Below, piece by piece: positions 8,605 through 18,698 of a stretch of 64,000 nucleotides of DNA. Source of the DNA: Pirellulales bacterium (GTDB taxonomy: Bacteria; Planctomycetota; Planctomycetia; Pirellulales; JACPPG01); contig DASYDW010000123.1 of assembly GCA_036499395.1 (NCBI GenBank), positions 59,144-123,143 on the forward strand. Reading direction: 5' to 3'. How positions within the stretch are numbered: position 1 is the first letter of the stretch; each line of letters begins with the position of its first letter. The position numbers were made by a program, and so were the translations under genes. Below the pieces are notes generated by a model. That model searched no databases. It worked only from the letters and a program-made list of their open reading frames with translations, and was not told the origin of the DNA.

Positions 8605-9558
8605 TTAGGCGGTCGTACTGCGCCGCTTGGGCCCTTCCTCGTAGGCGCGCACAATATCCTGCACCAGGCGATGGCGCACGATATCCGCATTGCTCAGGCT
8701 GACTTGGGCCAACCCCTTGATCCGCCGCAGTCGTCGCTGCGCGTCGACCAGTCCGCTGGTCGCGTGGGGAGGCAAATCGATTTGCGTGGTATCGCCAGAG
8801 ACGACGATCTTCGATCCTCGTCCCATGCGCGTGAGAAACATCTTCATCTGCGCAACGGTCGTATTCTGTGCTTCATCCAGGATGATGAACGCCTCGTTCA
8901 ACGTCCGGCCGCGCATATAGGCCAGCGGAATGACTTCGATCAGATCCTGGTCCGTGTAACGGCGGATCTGGTCGACGTCCATCATCTCGCGCAACGCATC
9001 CAACAAGGGTCGCAAGTAAGGATTGATCTTGGCCTGCAAGTCACCCGGCAAATAGCCCAGGCTTTCGCCCGCTTCGACCGCGGGCCTTACGAGCACGATT
9101 TTGCGGATTCGCTCCTGCTTTAACGCGGCCACTGCCATGGCCACGGCCAGGTAAGTTTTTCCAGTGCCGGCCGGGCCTGAACAGAAGACAATGTCGTGCT
9201 CGGCGATGGTCTTTACATAGTTCGCCTGCCCAGGCGTACGCGGCACGATCTTGCGCCCCGCGTTCAAAACTTCGATCGCGGGCGTCGCGCCGGCTGCGTG
9301 GCCGGTCACGTCCGACAAGATGTGCGAGACCTGGTCGGCCTCGAGCGTCCCTTGACGATGCACCAGTGCCTTCAATTGCTCAAGAACCTCGGTGGCGCGA
9401 GCCACGGCATTGTCCGAGCCTTGAATGTGGATTTGGTCGTCGCGCGCCGAAATGTCCACGGCCAGAGCATCCCGAATCTTCCGCAGGTGCTGGTCGCGAG
9501 TGCCGAAAAGCGAAAGCAGAGCTTTCGCGTCGACCACCGAGATGGTTGCTTCTGTCAT
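8605..9558 (-). CDS. phoH: PhoH-like ATPase
   Basis: Walker A GPAGTGKTYLAVAMAV plus PhoH family motifs (LGYLPGDLQAKINPYLRPLLDAL, ILDEAQNTT). 317 aa. Confidence 0.9.
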   Translation of the reverse strand: MTEATISVVDAKALLSLFGTRDQHLRKIRDALAVDISARDDQIHIQGSDNAVARATEVLEQLKALVHRQGTLEADQVSHILSDVTGHAAGATPAIEVLNAGRKIVPRTPGQANYVKTIAEHDIVFCSGPAGTGKTYLAVAMAVAALKQERIRKIVLVRPAVEAGESLGYLPGDLQAKINPYLRPLLDALREMMDVDQIRRYTDQDLIEVIPLAYMRGRTLNEAFIILDEAQNTTVAQMKMFLTRMGRGSKIVVSGDTTQIDLPPHATSGLVDAQRRLRRIKGLAQVSLSNADIVRHRLVQDIVRAYEEGPKRRSTTA

Positions 9559-9791
9559 TCAGAGTGTGCCACGGCCGTCAACGACCGGAGCAACCGGAAA
9601 GGAACTTGTCCTCAGCTATTTTATAACTCACAGCCGGCCAGGGCGCACAGCCTCGGTCCGACCTCATGACACAAGTCATTATTTCCGCATGCTTTACGTC
9701 AAACACGATTTGCCGGGTGAGGCCCCTTCAACCGGTAAAGACCGTCCGCAAAAGCATGCGACCCAAGATCCATCATACGCACAAGCAGCGT

Positions 9792-10667
9792 TCAGAGCAG
9801 GTAATGCCACCAAAAGTACGCGACCGGGGCGCCGACGAGAATCGAATCTAGCAAATCGAGCACGCCGCCAAAGCCGGGCATCCAATCGCTCGAATCTTTC
9901 CGCCCCAGATCGCGTTTGAGCAATGACTCGGCCAGGTCGCCGATCGTGCCCGCCACGCCGACGGTCAGGCCAAACCCCAGCCACTGCCACGGGGCGACGG
10001 CGGGCGGGCTGACACGACTCATCGCGGGCCAAAGCACCGTTAGTGACAGCCAGGCCCCGAAGATGGCAAACACCACGCCGCCGAAGCCCCCTTCGATCGT
10101 CTTGCCAGGGCTTAAGCGCGGAGCGAGCTTGTGCCGGCCGATCAGTCGCCCCACGGTGTACGCCCCGATGTCGCACAGCTTCACGACCAAAATTAGCGAA
10201 GCGATCGCCGCCAACCCCCAATCCCCCTGAGGTCCGGCAAAGCGCATTTGAACGGCGAAACTCAACAACAGCCCGATATAGACCAGTCCCAGTGCCTCGA
10301 GGGCTAATCGTTCGGTCTGCCGCGCCGGCTCACGATAGCGAACCACTTCCACCACCAGTGCCGCGATCATGATGCCCGCTAGCGCGAGCGCCGGCCAGGT
10401 CCAGGTCTCGAGTGCGAACTTCGGCATCAACTGGGGAGCCCAGTTCGACGCCACGATCGCGACGTTTCCCAGATAGATCACCGCGCCCAGCGCTGAAGGC
10501 GCGCGCGCCGCGAGCATGCGCGAAAGCTCGTCGGTAGCCAAAAAAGCGATCAGCAGCGCCAGCGGCAACAGCCACACGCCAGGAGTCGACGCTTGCGCAT
10601 CCAACCAGCAAAGCCCGGCTAGCAGAACCGAAAACAGAACGCCGAGCGTGATTCTCCAGCGCAGCAT
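9792..10667 (-). CDS. cdsA: Phosphatidate cytidylyltransferase (CDP-diglyceride synthase)
   Basis: Polytopic membrane protein with the C-terminal CTP-transferase signature region SLLKRDLGRKDSSDWMPGFGGVLDLLDS. Start uncertain: ATG at 10667 (MLRWRITLG...) is preferred over the track start at 10817. Confidence 0.8.
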   Translation of the reverse strand: MLRWRITLGVLFSVLLAGLCWLDAQASTPGVWLLPLALLIAFLATDELSRMLAARAPSALGAVIYLGNVAIVASNWAPQLMPKFALETWTWPALALAGIMIAALVVEVVRYREPARQTERLALEALGLVYIGLLLSFAVQMRFAGPQGDWGLAAIASLILVVKLCDIGAYTVGRLIGRHKLAPRLSPGKTIEGGFGGVVFAIFGAWLSLTVLWPAMSRVSPPAVAPWQWLGFGLTVGVAGTIGDLAESLLKRDLGRKDSSDWMPGFGGVLDLLDSILVGAPVAYFWWHYLL

Positions 10668-10930
10668 AACGTCGCATACCGTCAAACAGGGTGTTACCGC
10701 GAAACGACCATGATAGAGAGCAGCGACCTCGCTGACGAATCCCCAGGTTCGTGTTCTGTGCTCGGGGTAAGCGGAAATTGCTCGGCTGACGACGGCTAAT
10801 TTGGCCGCAAATCGCACCTGACGGTGCCGGCGCGCAGCACGGCGGGCCCCTTTTCGCCCCTGGCAGACCGCGTTATGATCGGCGGTTTCCCAAGGTCCAA
10901 CACCCCTCGATACCGGGAGACGTGAACCAA

Positions 10931-11584
10931 ATGGCCAACGAAACCAACGTTACCTGGCACGAACACAGCGTTAGCCGCGACGAGCGCGAGAAGCTCAACG
11001 GCAATAAGGGGTGCGTGATCTGGTTCACGGGCCTAAGCGCCTGCGGCAAGAGCACGGTCGCCAACCTGGTCGACCACAAGCTGCACGCCCGCGGTGTCCG
11101 CAGCTATGTATTGGACGGCGACAACGTCCGCCACGGCCTGAACGCCGGGCCCGGCATGCTCAAGGAACGGCACGGCGAAGAATTCGCCAAGCGGTTCGGC
11201 CTGGGCTTTTCGGCCCAGGACCGGGAAGAGAACATCCGCCGCATCGGCGCCGTGGCCAAGCTATTCGCCGAGGCGGGCACGGTCGGCCTGACGGCGTTCA
11301 TCAGCCCCTACCGCCGCGATCGCGACGCCGTGCGCGCTAGCATGCGGCCGGGCGACTTCATCGAGATCTTCGTCGATGCCCCGATCGAGGTTTGCGAAGC
11401 ACGCGATCCGAAGGGCTTGTACAAGAAGGCCCGCGCCGGCGAGCTAAAGGGCTTCACCGGGATCGACGATCCCTACGAAGCACCGGAAAGCCCCGAGTTG
11501 ACCTTGAACGCCGGCAAGAAAGACGCCGAGACGTTGGCCAACGAGGTGATCACTTACCTCGAGAAGTCCGGCAAGCTCTGCTAG
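10931..11584 (+). CDS. cysC: Adenylyl-sulfate (APS) kinase
   Basis: VIWFTGLSACGKSTVA P-loop and FISPYRRDR. From ATG 10931 the N-terminus (MANETNVTWHEHSVSRDEREKLNG) aligns with the classical CysC N-terminus. The track start at 10922 is GTG. Confidence 0.9.
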   Translation: MANETNVTWHEHSVSRDEREKLNGNKGCVIWFTGLSACGKSTVANLVDHKLHARGVRSYVLDGDNVRHGLNAGPGMLKERHGEEFAKRFGLGFSAQDREENIRRIGAVAKLFAEAGTVGLTAFISPYRRDRDAVRASMRPGDFIEIFVDAPIEVCEARDPKGLYKKARAGELKGFTGIDDPYEAPESPELTLNAGKKDAETLANEVITYLEKSGKLC

Positions 11585-11673
11585 ACGGGCTCTATGCTAA
11601 GCGGGATCTGCTAAACGGCGATTACTCGCCGCTATTGTTAGAGCAGCGCCGATAACAGAATTGCGCGCGGTGC

Positions 11674-11704
11674 CCTGCTTATCCGCCACAGGCGGATAAG
11701 CAGG
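11674..11704. terminator. Perfect 14-bp stem / 3-nt loop hairpin between convergent cysC and cphA (putative bidirectional terminator or REP-like hairpin)
   Basis: CCTGCTTATCCGCC-aca-GGCGGATAAGCAGG read directly from the sequence. No flanking U-run, so classical intrinsic termination is not certain. Confidence 0.5.
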
Positions 11705-11730
11705 CGCTCTCCCCTGTGCGGCGAATAACC

Positions 11731-14454
11731 CTAGACCGCCTTCGGATTCCCAGCCGTGTAACCGGTGGCGCCGGTGTTCATCGCCAGGGTCGGCGAAGAG
11801 ACGTTGTCCGCCTCGTCCTCGAGCGACTCACCGCTGGTGCTGGTCAGCGCGGGATGATTGGCCAGATAGTCGCGGACGAAGTCCAACGTGTCTTCGATAA
11901 CGTCGGCTTGCAGCAGTAGCAGATCGCCAGGGCGCAGGGCATCGAGCGCCGCTTCAACGGCGTTGCTCGCTCCCTGATGGTCCGTGATTTCCTTGACGCG
12001 GGGTCCAGCCGAAAGCCCTTCTCGCAACAGCTGCATGATCTCGCCGTCAGCGCGGCCGCGTTTGTATTGATCCTCATACAAGATCACGCGATCGAACGCT
12101 TCGGCAATGATTTGACCCTGGCGCACCATGTCGCAATCGCGGCGATCGCCGGCCGCCGAGTAAACCACCGAGCGGCGCTCGTGCGGGAACGTGCCGATCG
12201 CCTCGATCAAGGCGGACAACGCCGATACATTGTGACCGTAGTCCATAATCACGGTCGCTCCGCCCACCGACAAGACATTGAACCGTCCCGGCACCATGTC
12301 GGATTCGCTGCTGAAGCTCTGCAAGCCGGCGATGATGTCGGCGAACGAGATGCCCAATCCCCAGGCGGCAGCGGCCGAGGCGAGCGCGTTTTCGGTCATA
12401 AAGGCGACGCGACCCTGTCGCGTGATCGGAATGTCTACGACCGGGACCTGGCAGTGAATCACATCTCCGGTGGCCAGAATCAGTTGCTTGTCTTTGACAT
12501 ACGCCAGACGACCGCCCGCCTGGCGATGCTGCTGCATCACGGGGTGCTGGTCGTCTTGTGCGAAGAAGATCACGGAACCACGGCAATGCGCCGCCATGCC
12601 GGCCGTGTATTGATCGTCGGCCTTGAGGACCGCAAAACCTTTCGGCGGAACGACGTCCACCGCAGTTCGCTTGACCAGGGCCATATCTTCGAGCGTGTTG
12701 ATGTCCGACAGCCCTAGATGGTCTCCTTCGCCGATGTTCGTGACGACGGCCACGTCGCATTGGTCGAAGCCCAATCCTTCGCGAAGCACGCCGCCGCGGG
12801 CGATTTCCAGCACGGCCGCGTCGACCTTCGGGTTCACAAGCACGGTGCGAGCGCTTTGCGGTCCGCTGCAGTCGCCGGTTTCGATCCGGCGGCGATCGAT
12901 ATAGATCCCCTCGGTGCAGGTCATACCGACGTGCCGGCCGAGCGACATCAGGATGTGCGCGATGCAGCGTGTCGTCGTGGTTTTGCCGTTGGTCCCCGTG
13001 ACGGCCACGATCGGGATACGGCCGTTATCACCTGGTGAGAACAGTGTCGAAACGATGGCATCGCCGACCGGTCGGGCCCGGCCCGACGAGGGCTCGATAT
13101 GCATCCGCAGACCAGGACCTGCGTTGACTTCGACAATTACGCCGCCCTGTTCTTCGAGCGGCCGGCCGACATCCGACGCCACGACGTCGATCCCGGCGAT
13201 ATCCAGCCCCACGACGCGCGCCGCCTCGATCGCGCGAGCCGCGACTTGCGGATGCACGTGGTCCGTGACGTCCGCCGCGGTCCCTCCCGTGCTAAGGTTC
13301 GCATTACGGCGAATCAGCACACGCGCACCTTGCGGCGGAATGCAGTCGGGCGTAAAGCCTTGTTCGGAGATCACCGACATGGCGATTGTATCGATACGGA
13401 TCTTGCTGAGCGCGGTTGCGTGATCGTCACCACGTTTCGGATTCGTGTTTTCGATCTCGACCAACTGTGCGACCGTATGAACGCCATCTCCCACGACCTG
13501 GGCCGCTTCGCGACGGGCGGCGGCAATCAGCTTGCCGCCGATGACGAGCAATCGGTAATCGTCGCCGGGCGCAAAACTCTCGACCAGCACGGTCGATTCC
13601 TCGGCCCGGGCGTCTGCGTACGCCTTCAACACTTGTTCGCGGGTGGTGAGATTCGTGATGACGCCTCGCCCCTGATTTCCGTACTGCGGTTTGACGACCA
13701 CGGCCCCGCCAATTTCCTGGGCCGCCCGCCAGGCATCCTCGGCGTCTTCGACAGGGCGACCGGCGGGAGCAGGCACGCCCACGGTGCGCAACAGGCGACG
13801 GGTCAGTTCCTTGTCCTGGGCAATGGTTTCGGCGATGGCGCTGGTTTGATCGGTTTCGGCCGTCCATACGCGGCGCGACTTGGCACCCCAGCCCAATTGC
13901 ACCAGGCTGGCACTGTTCAAGCGGTGCGTGGGAATACCACGGGCGTGCGCCGCATCGACGATCGAACGGGTGCTCGGACCGAGTTGTACTTCGTGCAGCA
14001 GCGACCGGAGTTGCGTCACCTGGGCATTCACGTCAAACGTATGATCGTGTACCGCGGCGAGGAACAGCCGCTGCGCCGCGTCGAGCGCCGATCGGCCGAC
14101 GGCCTCTTCGCGATAGCGGACGATGACGCGATAAACGCCCGGTTCGCCGGTTTCGCGCGCCTTGCCGAAGCCCACCTCGGAGCCGGCGAGACATTGCAAT
14201 TCAATGCAGATGTGCTCGAGGACGTGCGCGGGATAGGTTCCCTCGCGCAGACGCTGAAAGAATCCGCCCCGTTCACCAATGCTGCAACGATGCTCTACCA
14301 GCGACGGCAGCCAGCTCATCAACCGATCGTTGAAGCCAGGTAGCGAGTCGGAAGGCGAATCCTTGAAAGGCCCCAGGTCGACAATGGCTTCGAGCACGGG
14401 GAACGATGCCCAAATGTTCGGACCTCGCAGTGCCAACACCTTGCGGAATTCCAT
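11731..14454 (-). CDS. cphA: Cyanophycin synthetase
   Basis: Characteristic N-terminus MEFRKVLALRGPNIWASFPVLEAIVDLG, a central ATP-grasp region and a Mur-ligase-like domain with P-loop VAVTGTNGKTTTTR. 907 aa. Confidence 0.9.
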   Translation of the reverse strand: MEFRKVLALRGPNIWASFPVLEAIVDLGPFKDSPSDSLPGFNDRLMSWLPSLVEHRCSIGERGGFFQRLREGTYPAHVLEHICIELQCLAGSEVGFGKARETGEPGVYRVIVRYREEAVGRSALDAAQRLFLAAVHDHTFDVNAQVTQLRSLLHEVQLGPSTRSIVDAAHARGIPTHRLNSASLVQLGWGAKSRRVWTAETDQTSAIAETIAQDKELTRRLLRTVGVPAPAGRPVEDAEDAWRAAQEIGGAVVVKPQYGNQGRGVITNLTTREQVLKAYADARAEESTVLVESFAPGDDYRLLVIGGKLIAAARREAAQVVGDGVHTVAQLVEIENTNPKRGDDHATALSKIRIDTIAMSVISEQGFTPDCIPPQGARVLIRRNANLSTGGTAADVTDHVHPQVAARAIEAARVVGLDIAGIDVVASDVGRPLEEQGGVIVEVNAGPGLRMHIEPSSGRARPVGDAIVSTLFSPGDNGRIPIVAVTGTNGKTTTTRCIAHILMSLGRHVGMTCTEGIYIDRRRIETGDCSGPQSARTVLVNPKVDAAVLEIARGGVLREGLGFDQCDVAVVTNIGEGDHLGLSDINTLEDMALVKRTAVDVVPPKGFAVLKADDQYTAGMAAHCRGSVIFFAQDDQHPVMQQHRQAGGRLAYVKDKQLILATGDVIHCQVPVVDIPITRQGRVAFMTENALASAAAAWGLGISFADIIAGLQSFSSESDMVPGRFNVLSVGGATVIMDYGHNVSALSALIEAIGTFPHERRSVVYSAAGDRRDCDMVRQGQIIAEAFDRVILYEDQYKRGRADGEIMQLLREGLSAGPRVKEITDHQGASNAVEAALDALRPGDLLLLQADVIEDTLDFVRDYLANHPALTSTSGESLEDEADNVSSPTLAMNTGATGYTAGNPKAV

Positions 14455-15040
14455 AACTCGCGTTCAGCCTTTCATCTGCTGTGGCAGGCGATCGAATCGC
14501 GCTGGAGTATGCAGCGCGTCAGTGATCGAAACCGGATTCGTCAATATTGGGGAGTGGTTGCTGGCAGTAGCTCGGCGTCCGAGCCGTCTGCTCAACGGTG
14601 GGATATTAACGCAAACGTCGTGATACTCTAAAGACGTCTTCTGGGAGCGAGCTAAGCGACCGCGCGAGTTCGCTGCTTGCTTTCGACCTTTGGGGTAGTG
14701 CGCAAAACTGACTTGCGGTGGGCTGTCGGCGTGTCAGACCGGCGACAGCAGTAGGGTAGGCATGCTACCCACAATCCTATCGCTAGGAGCGAGGCGAAAG
14801 CAAGAATCTCCCCGGCAAAAGCAAATAGGGCAAGCCGGATCAGAAAATCCGGGGGAATGTGATTGCCATAACCACCCCAGTTTGACAAGCATCAGCCGGT
14901 TCCGATCCGAGGATTACGGTTGGCCCGACATTGAGAGCTCCCGCTGCCCAGATGTCCTGTTACGTCGGCGGAAACCGCCGTTAAGCCTTGCCGGAGAACG
15001 GCTTCGCACCAGGATTCGCCTCTGACGAGGCTCCCGTCAT

Positions 15041-15709
15041 TTAAGCCGGATCTTCCGGCGTGAAGCCCATGATGATGTCAAACCGGGCCGCCAGCTCGCC
15101 GATCTTCGAATTCGGAATCGCGGCGAAATCGACGGTCACCGAGTCGCGTGCTTGCGGATCGCGAATGCTGCGATACACGCCGTCACGCTCGTTGCCCGGC
15201 GCCCCCTGGATGTAGCACTGGGTCGTGAACTTGTCGCGCCCTTTGGTTTTTACCGCGAAGTGAATGTGCGGCGTGCGACCGGGATAGGCAACGGGCTTGA
15301 TCGTGCGGAAATAGTATTCGCCGGTCGAACCAGTGAGGAATCGGCCAAAGCCTTGGAAGTTCGCGTCGCGGCCGTCGCGGTTTCCGCTGCGCGAGTGGAT
15401 GTAGGCGCCATGTCCGTCGACCTGCCAGATCTCGACCAGGGCATTGCGCAGCGGTTCGCCCCGCGCGTCCAGGATGCGACCGCTCAAATGCGTGATCTCG
15501 CCAATGGCGGGCGTAATATCGTCGTTGACGATCAGCAGGTCATTATCGGTATCGAGCGGCAACTTGTCGGGATAGAACGGGCCCTCGGTCTGCCGCGGCG
15601 TCTGCACCAGGTCCTCCGCGAAGGCGCCGCGCACCGTGAAAGCCGCGGCGCTTGCCGCCGCGCTTCCAAGAAACCGTCGACGCGACACCTGCATAGGTAG
15701 TTGGAACAT
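15041..15709 (-). CDS. Intradiol ring-cleavage dioxygenase-like protein with Tat signal
   Basis: Twin-arginine leader VSRRRFLGSAAASAAAFTV. Core similar to the protocatechuate dioxygenase beta-subunit family (EGPFYP...GRILDARGEPLRNALVEIWQVDGHGAYIH...YPGRTPHIHFAV). Confidence 0.65.
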   Translation of the reverse strand: MFQLPMQVSRRRFLGSAAASAAAFTVRGAFAEDLVQTPRQTEGPFYPDKLPLDTDNDLLIVNDDITPAIGEITHLSGRILDARGEPLRNALVEIWQVDGHGAYIHSRSGNRDGRDANFQGFGRFLTGSTGEYYFRTIKPVAYPGRTPHIHFAVKTKGRDKFTTQCYIQGAPGNERDGVYRSIRDPQARDSVTVDFAAIPNSKIGELAARFDIIMGFTPEDPA

Positions 15710-16528
15710 GATTGATTACTCCGATGACTTCTTTTTCGGTGTGGCCCGCGGAACGCGGCAGCGATCAACTCGTCGACGAGGAGCAACTGGTGGTTGACCG
15801 CTGGATTATACCGCACCGCGACAGCTTAAAATGGGTCAGGCGGGCGGGAACTCGAATGGTTAACTCGGCACGATTTTTGGCTATCGTTCGGCAAAGGGTC
15901 AGCGTTATGCGGCGGAGCTGGATTGTCCTTGTTGCGCTGCCCGGCATCGTCGGTTGCCCCCCGTGACTCCCGGCCATGACCGCCTTTCGCCGTACCGCCC
16001 AGCCGGTCACCTATCCTGCGCGCGACGACTAACTTCCGGGGTATCTCTACACGCCAGCAGGCGATGGCCCGGCCCCGGCCGTGATCTGGAATCACCGCAG
16101 CAGAAAGGGATCGTGAGCCCAACCGGAACTGGCCCAGTTTTACGTCGCTCAGGACTTGTCTCCTTCGTTCCCCTGCGGCACGATCATGGCCCGTTCCCGG
16201 GCCGTTACATTGCCGACCTTCAGAATAAGTCGCGAGCCGCGGCAGAATCCGCCGCCGAGATCGCAGGAAAATCCGTCACCCTGCACAAAGCGAACCCGAA
16301 CTTCTCAGCGAATCCTGGGCATTCCGCCGCTACTTTCCCTCTCCTAAAGGGTTAAATCGGTTTGCGGGACTTGTAGCTGACGATTAAAATCGAGGTTCCT
16401 TTCTGTTCTTTCTGGGCGGATTGATACCGGACTTCGCGGGACCGGTGTCGGATGACAATTCTTGCGCAACTGCGCGCTTTCTGCCCTAAATGACTGCTGA
16501 TTTTCCTGTTACGGAGTGAAGCCTGTCT

Positions 16529-17815
16529 ATGAGCCGTGATTCTGTCGAACCTCGTGACACTTGGAAGGCCGTACGCCCCTATCTGCTCGCCGCGGCTGGG
16601 CTGATTGTCGCCACGCTCGTTCGCATGGCGCTCGATCCGATCCTCGGCGATCGGCAGGCGTTCATGACCTATATGGCGACGCTGATCGGTACCGCGTGGC
16701 TGGGGGGTGTCGGCCCGGCGCTGATGGTTTTGATACTTAGTTTGCCGATGGCCACGTTTTTTTTCATGGAGCCGCGGTACAACGTCCTGCTGCTGGATGG
16801 CTACAATTTTATTGCCGTCGGCGCCTATGTCCTCTTAGGATGCCCCATCGTGGCGCTGGGCGGAAGATTCTGGCGCGCACGGCAAGAGGCCCGGCGCAAT
16901 GAAGAGCTGTACGGCACGCAAGCCCAGGAGTTGGCCGCCGAACGCAAGCGGTTGAATCAGGAACTCGGCTCGTTGACCGACCAATTGCGCGACGTGGATC
17001 GTCGCCGCGAAGATTTCCTCGGGTTGCTGGCCGATGAGTTGCGACGACCGTTGATTCCCATCGCTAGCGCCGCGTCGTTCCACGGCATCGCGGCCACCGC
17101 TTCCGAAATGGAATCGGCCATGGACGTCGTCAAGCAAGAGACGTGCCAGTTGGGACGCCTGATCGACGATCTGCTGGATGCCTTTCGCCATAGTCAGGCG
17201 GGAATTCAATTGGTGAAGCGCAAAGTCGACCTGGTGGATATCGCGACTCGGGCTGCCAGCAGCGTGCGCTCGTTGGCGGCGCAATCCGGACGAGAATTGA
17301 ATATCTCGCTGGCAAAAAATCCCGTGCTGATCGACGGAGATGCGACGCGGCTCGAACGCGTTACTTTTAACTTGCTGAACAGCGCGATTCGCTCGACCAA
17401 TCCCGGCGGTCAGATCTGGCTGACGGTGCAAGAGCGCGAAGGAGTCGCGACGCTCAAGGTTAAGGATACCGGCGCCGGCCTTACGCCCGAGGCATTGGCC
17501 CGCGTCTTCCAGGCCGGCAACGTCCTGGGGGCCTCGACTTCTCGCGAGCGAGGCGGAAGCCGCATCAGCATGACAGCCGTGAAGCCCATCGTTGAGTTGC
17601 ACGGTGGAATGATTACCGCGCACAGCGACGGCCCAGGACAGGGATGCGAATTTGTCGTGCGGTTGCCGCTGGTGGGCACGTCGCTGCCGGTGGATAACAC
17701 GGCGCGAACGCACACTTCGCCGAACGATATCGATCAAAACGGCACGCCGTCACTCCCGGCCGAACTTCCGGATACGGTCGTGGATCCCGTCCGCCGCGAG
17801 CAGCGGGACGCCTGA
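16529..17815 (+). CDS. Sensor histidine kinase (DUF4118-like membrane domain, HisKA, HATPase_c), no adjacent response regulator
   Basis: Four N-terminal TM helices resembling the KdpD-type DUF4118 domain, a coiled coil, an H-box-like region (DFLGLLADELRRPL) and an ATPase domain (VKDTGAGLTPE, GGSRISMTAVKPIVELHGG). Confidence 0.8.
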   Translation: MSRDSVEPRDTWKAVRPYLLAAAGLIVATLVRMALDPILGDRQAFMTYMATLIGTAWLGGVGPALMVLILSLPMATFFFMEPRYNVLLLDGYNFIAVGAYVLLGCPIVALGGRFWRARQEARRNEELYGTQAQELAAERKRLNQELGSLTDQLRDVDRRREDFLGLLADELRRPLIPIASAASFHGIAATASEMESAMDVVKQETCQLGRLIDDLLDAFRHSQAGIQLVKRKVDLVDIATRAASSVRSLAAQSGRELNISLAKNPVLIDGDATRLERVTFNLLNSAIRSTNPGGQIWLTVQEREGVATLKVKDTGAGLTPEALARVFQAGNVLGASTSRERGGSRISMTAVKPIVELHGGMITAHSDGPGQGCEFVVRLPLVGTSLPVDNTARTHTSPNDIDQNGTPSLPAELPDTVVDPVRREQRDA

Positions 17816-17834
17816 TGGATTCGGTCGGTCGCAA

Positions 17835-18698
17835 TCAGTTGACGCGCGCCAGCTTCTCGGGATTGCGAATCGCGTAGCAGTGCGCGATCCGCCCGTCGAC
17901 CAGGTCCAACGTCACGACCGTGACGGGCTGGCCGGCTAGGGAGATAATGATTCCCGGCTGCCCATTCACGCGAGCACGCTTGATCGTCGCCTCGGGCGGC
18001 ATCTTCTTGGTGATTCCCACGAAAAATCGTGCGACGTTCAGGGCGCCGCTGACCGGCGCTCGCGCGGCCGTCGCCTTGCCCCCCCCGTCGCTATAGACCA
18101 CGGCGTCGTCGGCCAGCAGTTGCAGCAAATCGGCCAGATCGCCGCTCGTGCAGGCCTGCAAGAAGGCACTCGTCATTCGCTCGGCTTCCGCCGGGTCGGG
18201 CTCGAAGCGCGGACGGTGCTCTTGGATCGCCTGCTCGGCACGATGCACCAACTGCCGGCAGTTGGGCGTCGACTTTTCCAAGATCGCGCCGATTTCGTCG
18301 TAACCGTAATCGAAAACTTTTCGCAGCAGAAAGGCCGCACGCTCAACCGGCGTCAGACTTTCCAGCACCAGCAGAAATGCCATTGAGATCGAGTCGACGG
18401 TCTCCAGCCGTTCTACCGGATCGGCGCCGGCTGATTCGATGATTGGCTCCGGCAGCCACGGACCAATGTAGGTCGCCTTGCGCATATCGATCGCGCGTCG
18501 CTGGTCGATGCATAACCGCGCCACGATCGAGCTTAAATAAGCCGCCGCTGATTGCACATCGTCGCGATCCTCGCGATTCCAGCGCAAGAACGCCTCTTGC
18601 AAAACATCGTCCACGTCGGAACGCGAACCCAGCATGCGATAAGCAAAGCGTTCGAGCCGGGGGCGCTGTTCCTCGAAGATCGCATCATGCTCGGCCAT
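17835..18698 (-). CDS. ECF sigma factor, group ECF41 (SigJ-like, fused SnoaL-like C-terminal regulatory domain)
   Basis: Sigma-2 and sigma-4 regions plus a C-terminal extension of about 100 aa. Carries the three ECF41 signature motifs WLPEP (GPWLPEP), DGGGK (YSDGGGKATAA) and NPDKL-like (IRNPEKLARV). No anti-sigma gene is adjacent. Start taken at ATG 18698 (MAEHD...). Confidence 0.85.
   Translation of the reverse strand: MAEHDAIFEEQRPRLERFAYRMLGSRSDVDDVLQEAFLRWNREDRDDVQSAAAYLSSIVARLCIDQRRAIDMRKATYIGPWLPEPIIESAGADPVERLETVDSISMAFLLVLESLTPVERAAFLLRKVFDYGYDEIGAILEKSTPNCRQLVHRAEQAIQEHRPRFEPDPAEAERMTSAFLQACTSGDLADLLQLLADDAVVYSDGGGKATAARAPVSGALNVARFFVGITKKMPPEATIKRARVNGQPGIIISLAGQPVTVVTLDLVDGRIAHCYAIRNPEKLARVN

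Noticed and set aside
14652-14888. 78-aa ORF with one hydrophobic segment upstream of cphA (possible small membrane protein)
   Set aside because: It has a TTG start, atypical composition (CCRR, an Arg/Thr-rich tail) and no recognisable family, and it lies in a long intergenic region. The evidence is insufficient, so it is left unannotated.
15710-16528. 819-bp gap between the dioxygenase-like gene and the histidine kinase, inspected for hidden genes or RNAs
   Set aside because: It contains only short Arg/Pro-rich ORFs (for example 15954..16355) and no recognisable RNA motifs. It probably holds divergent promoters and long UTRs, and nothing specific can be supported from sequence alone.
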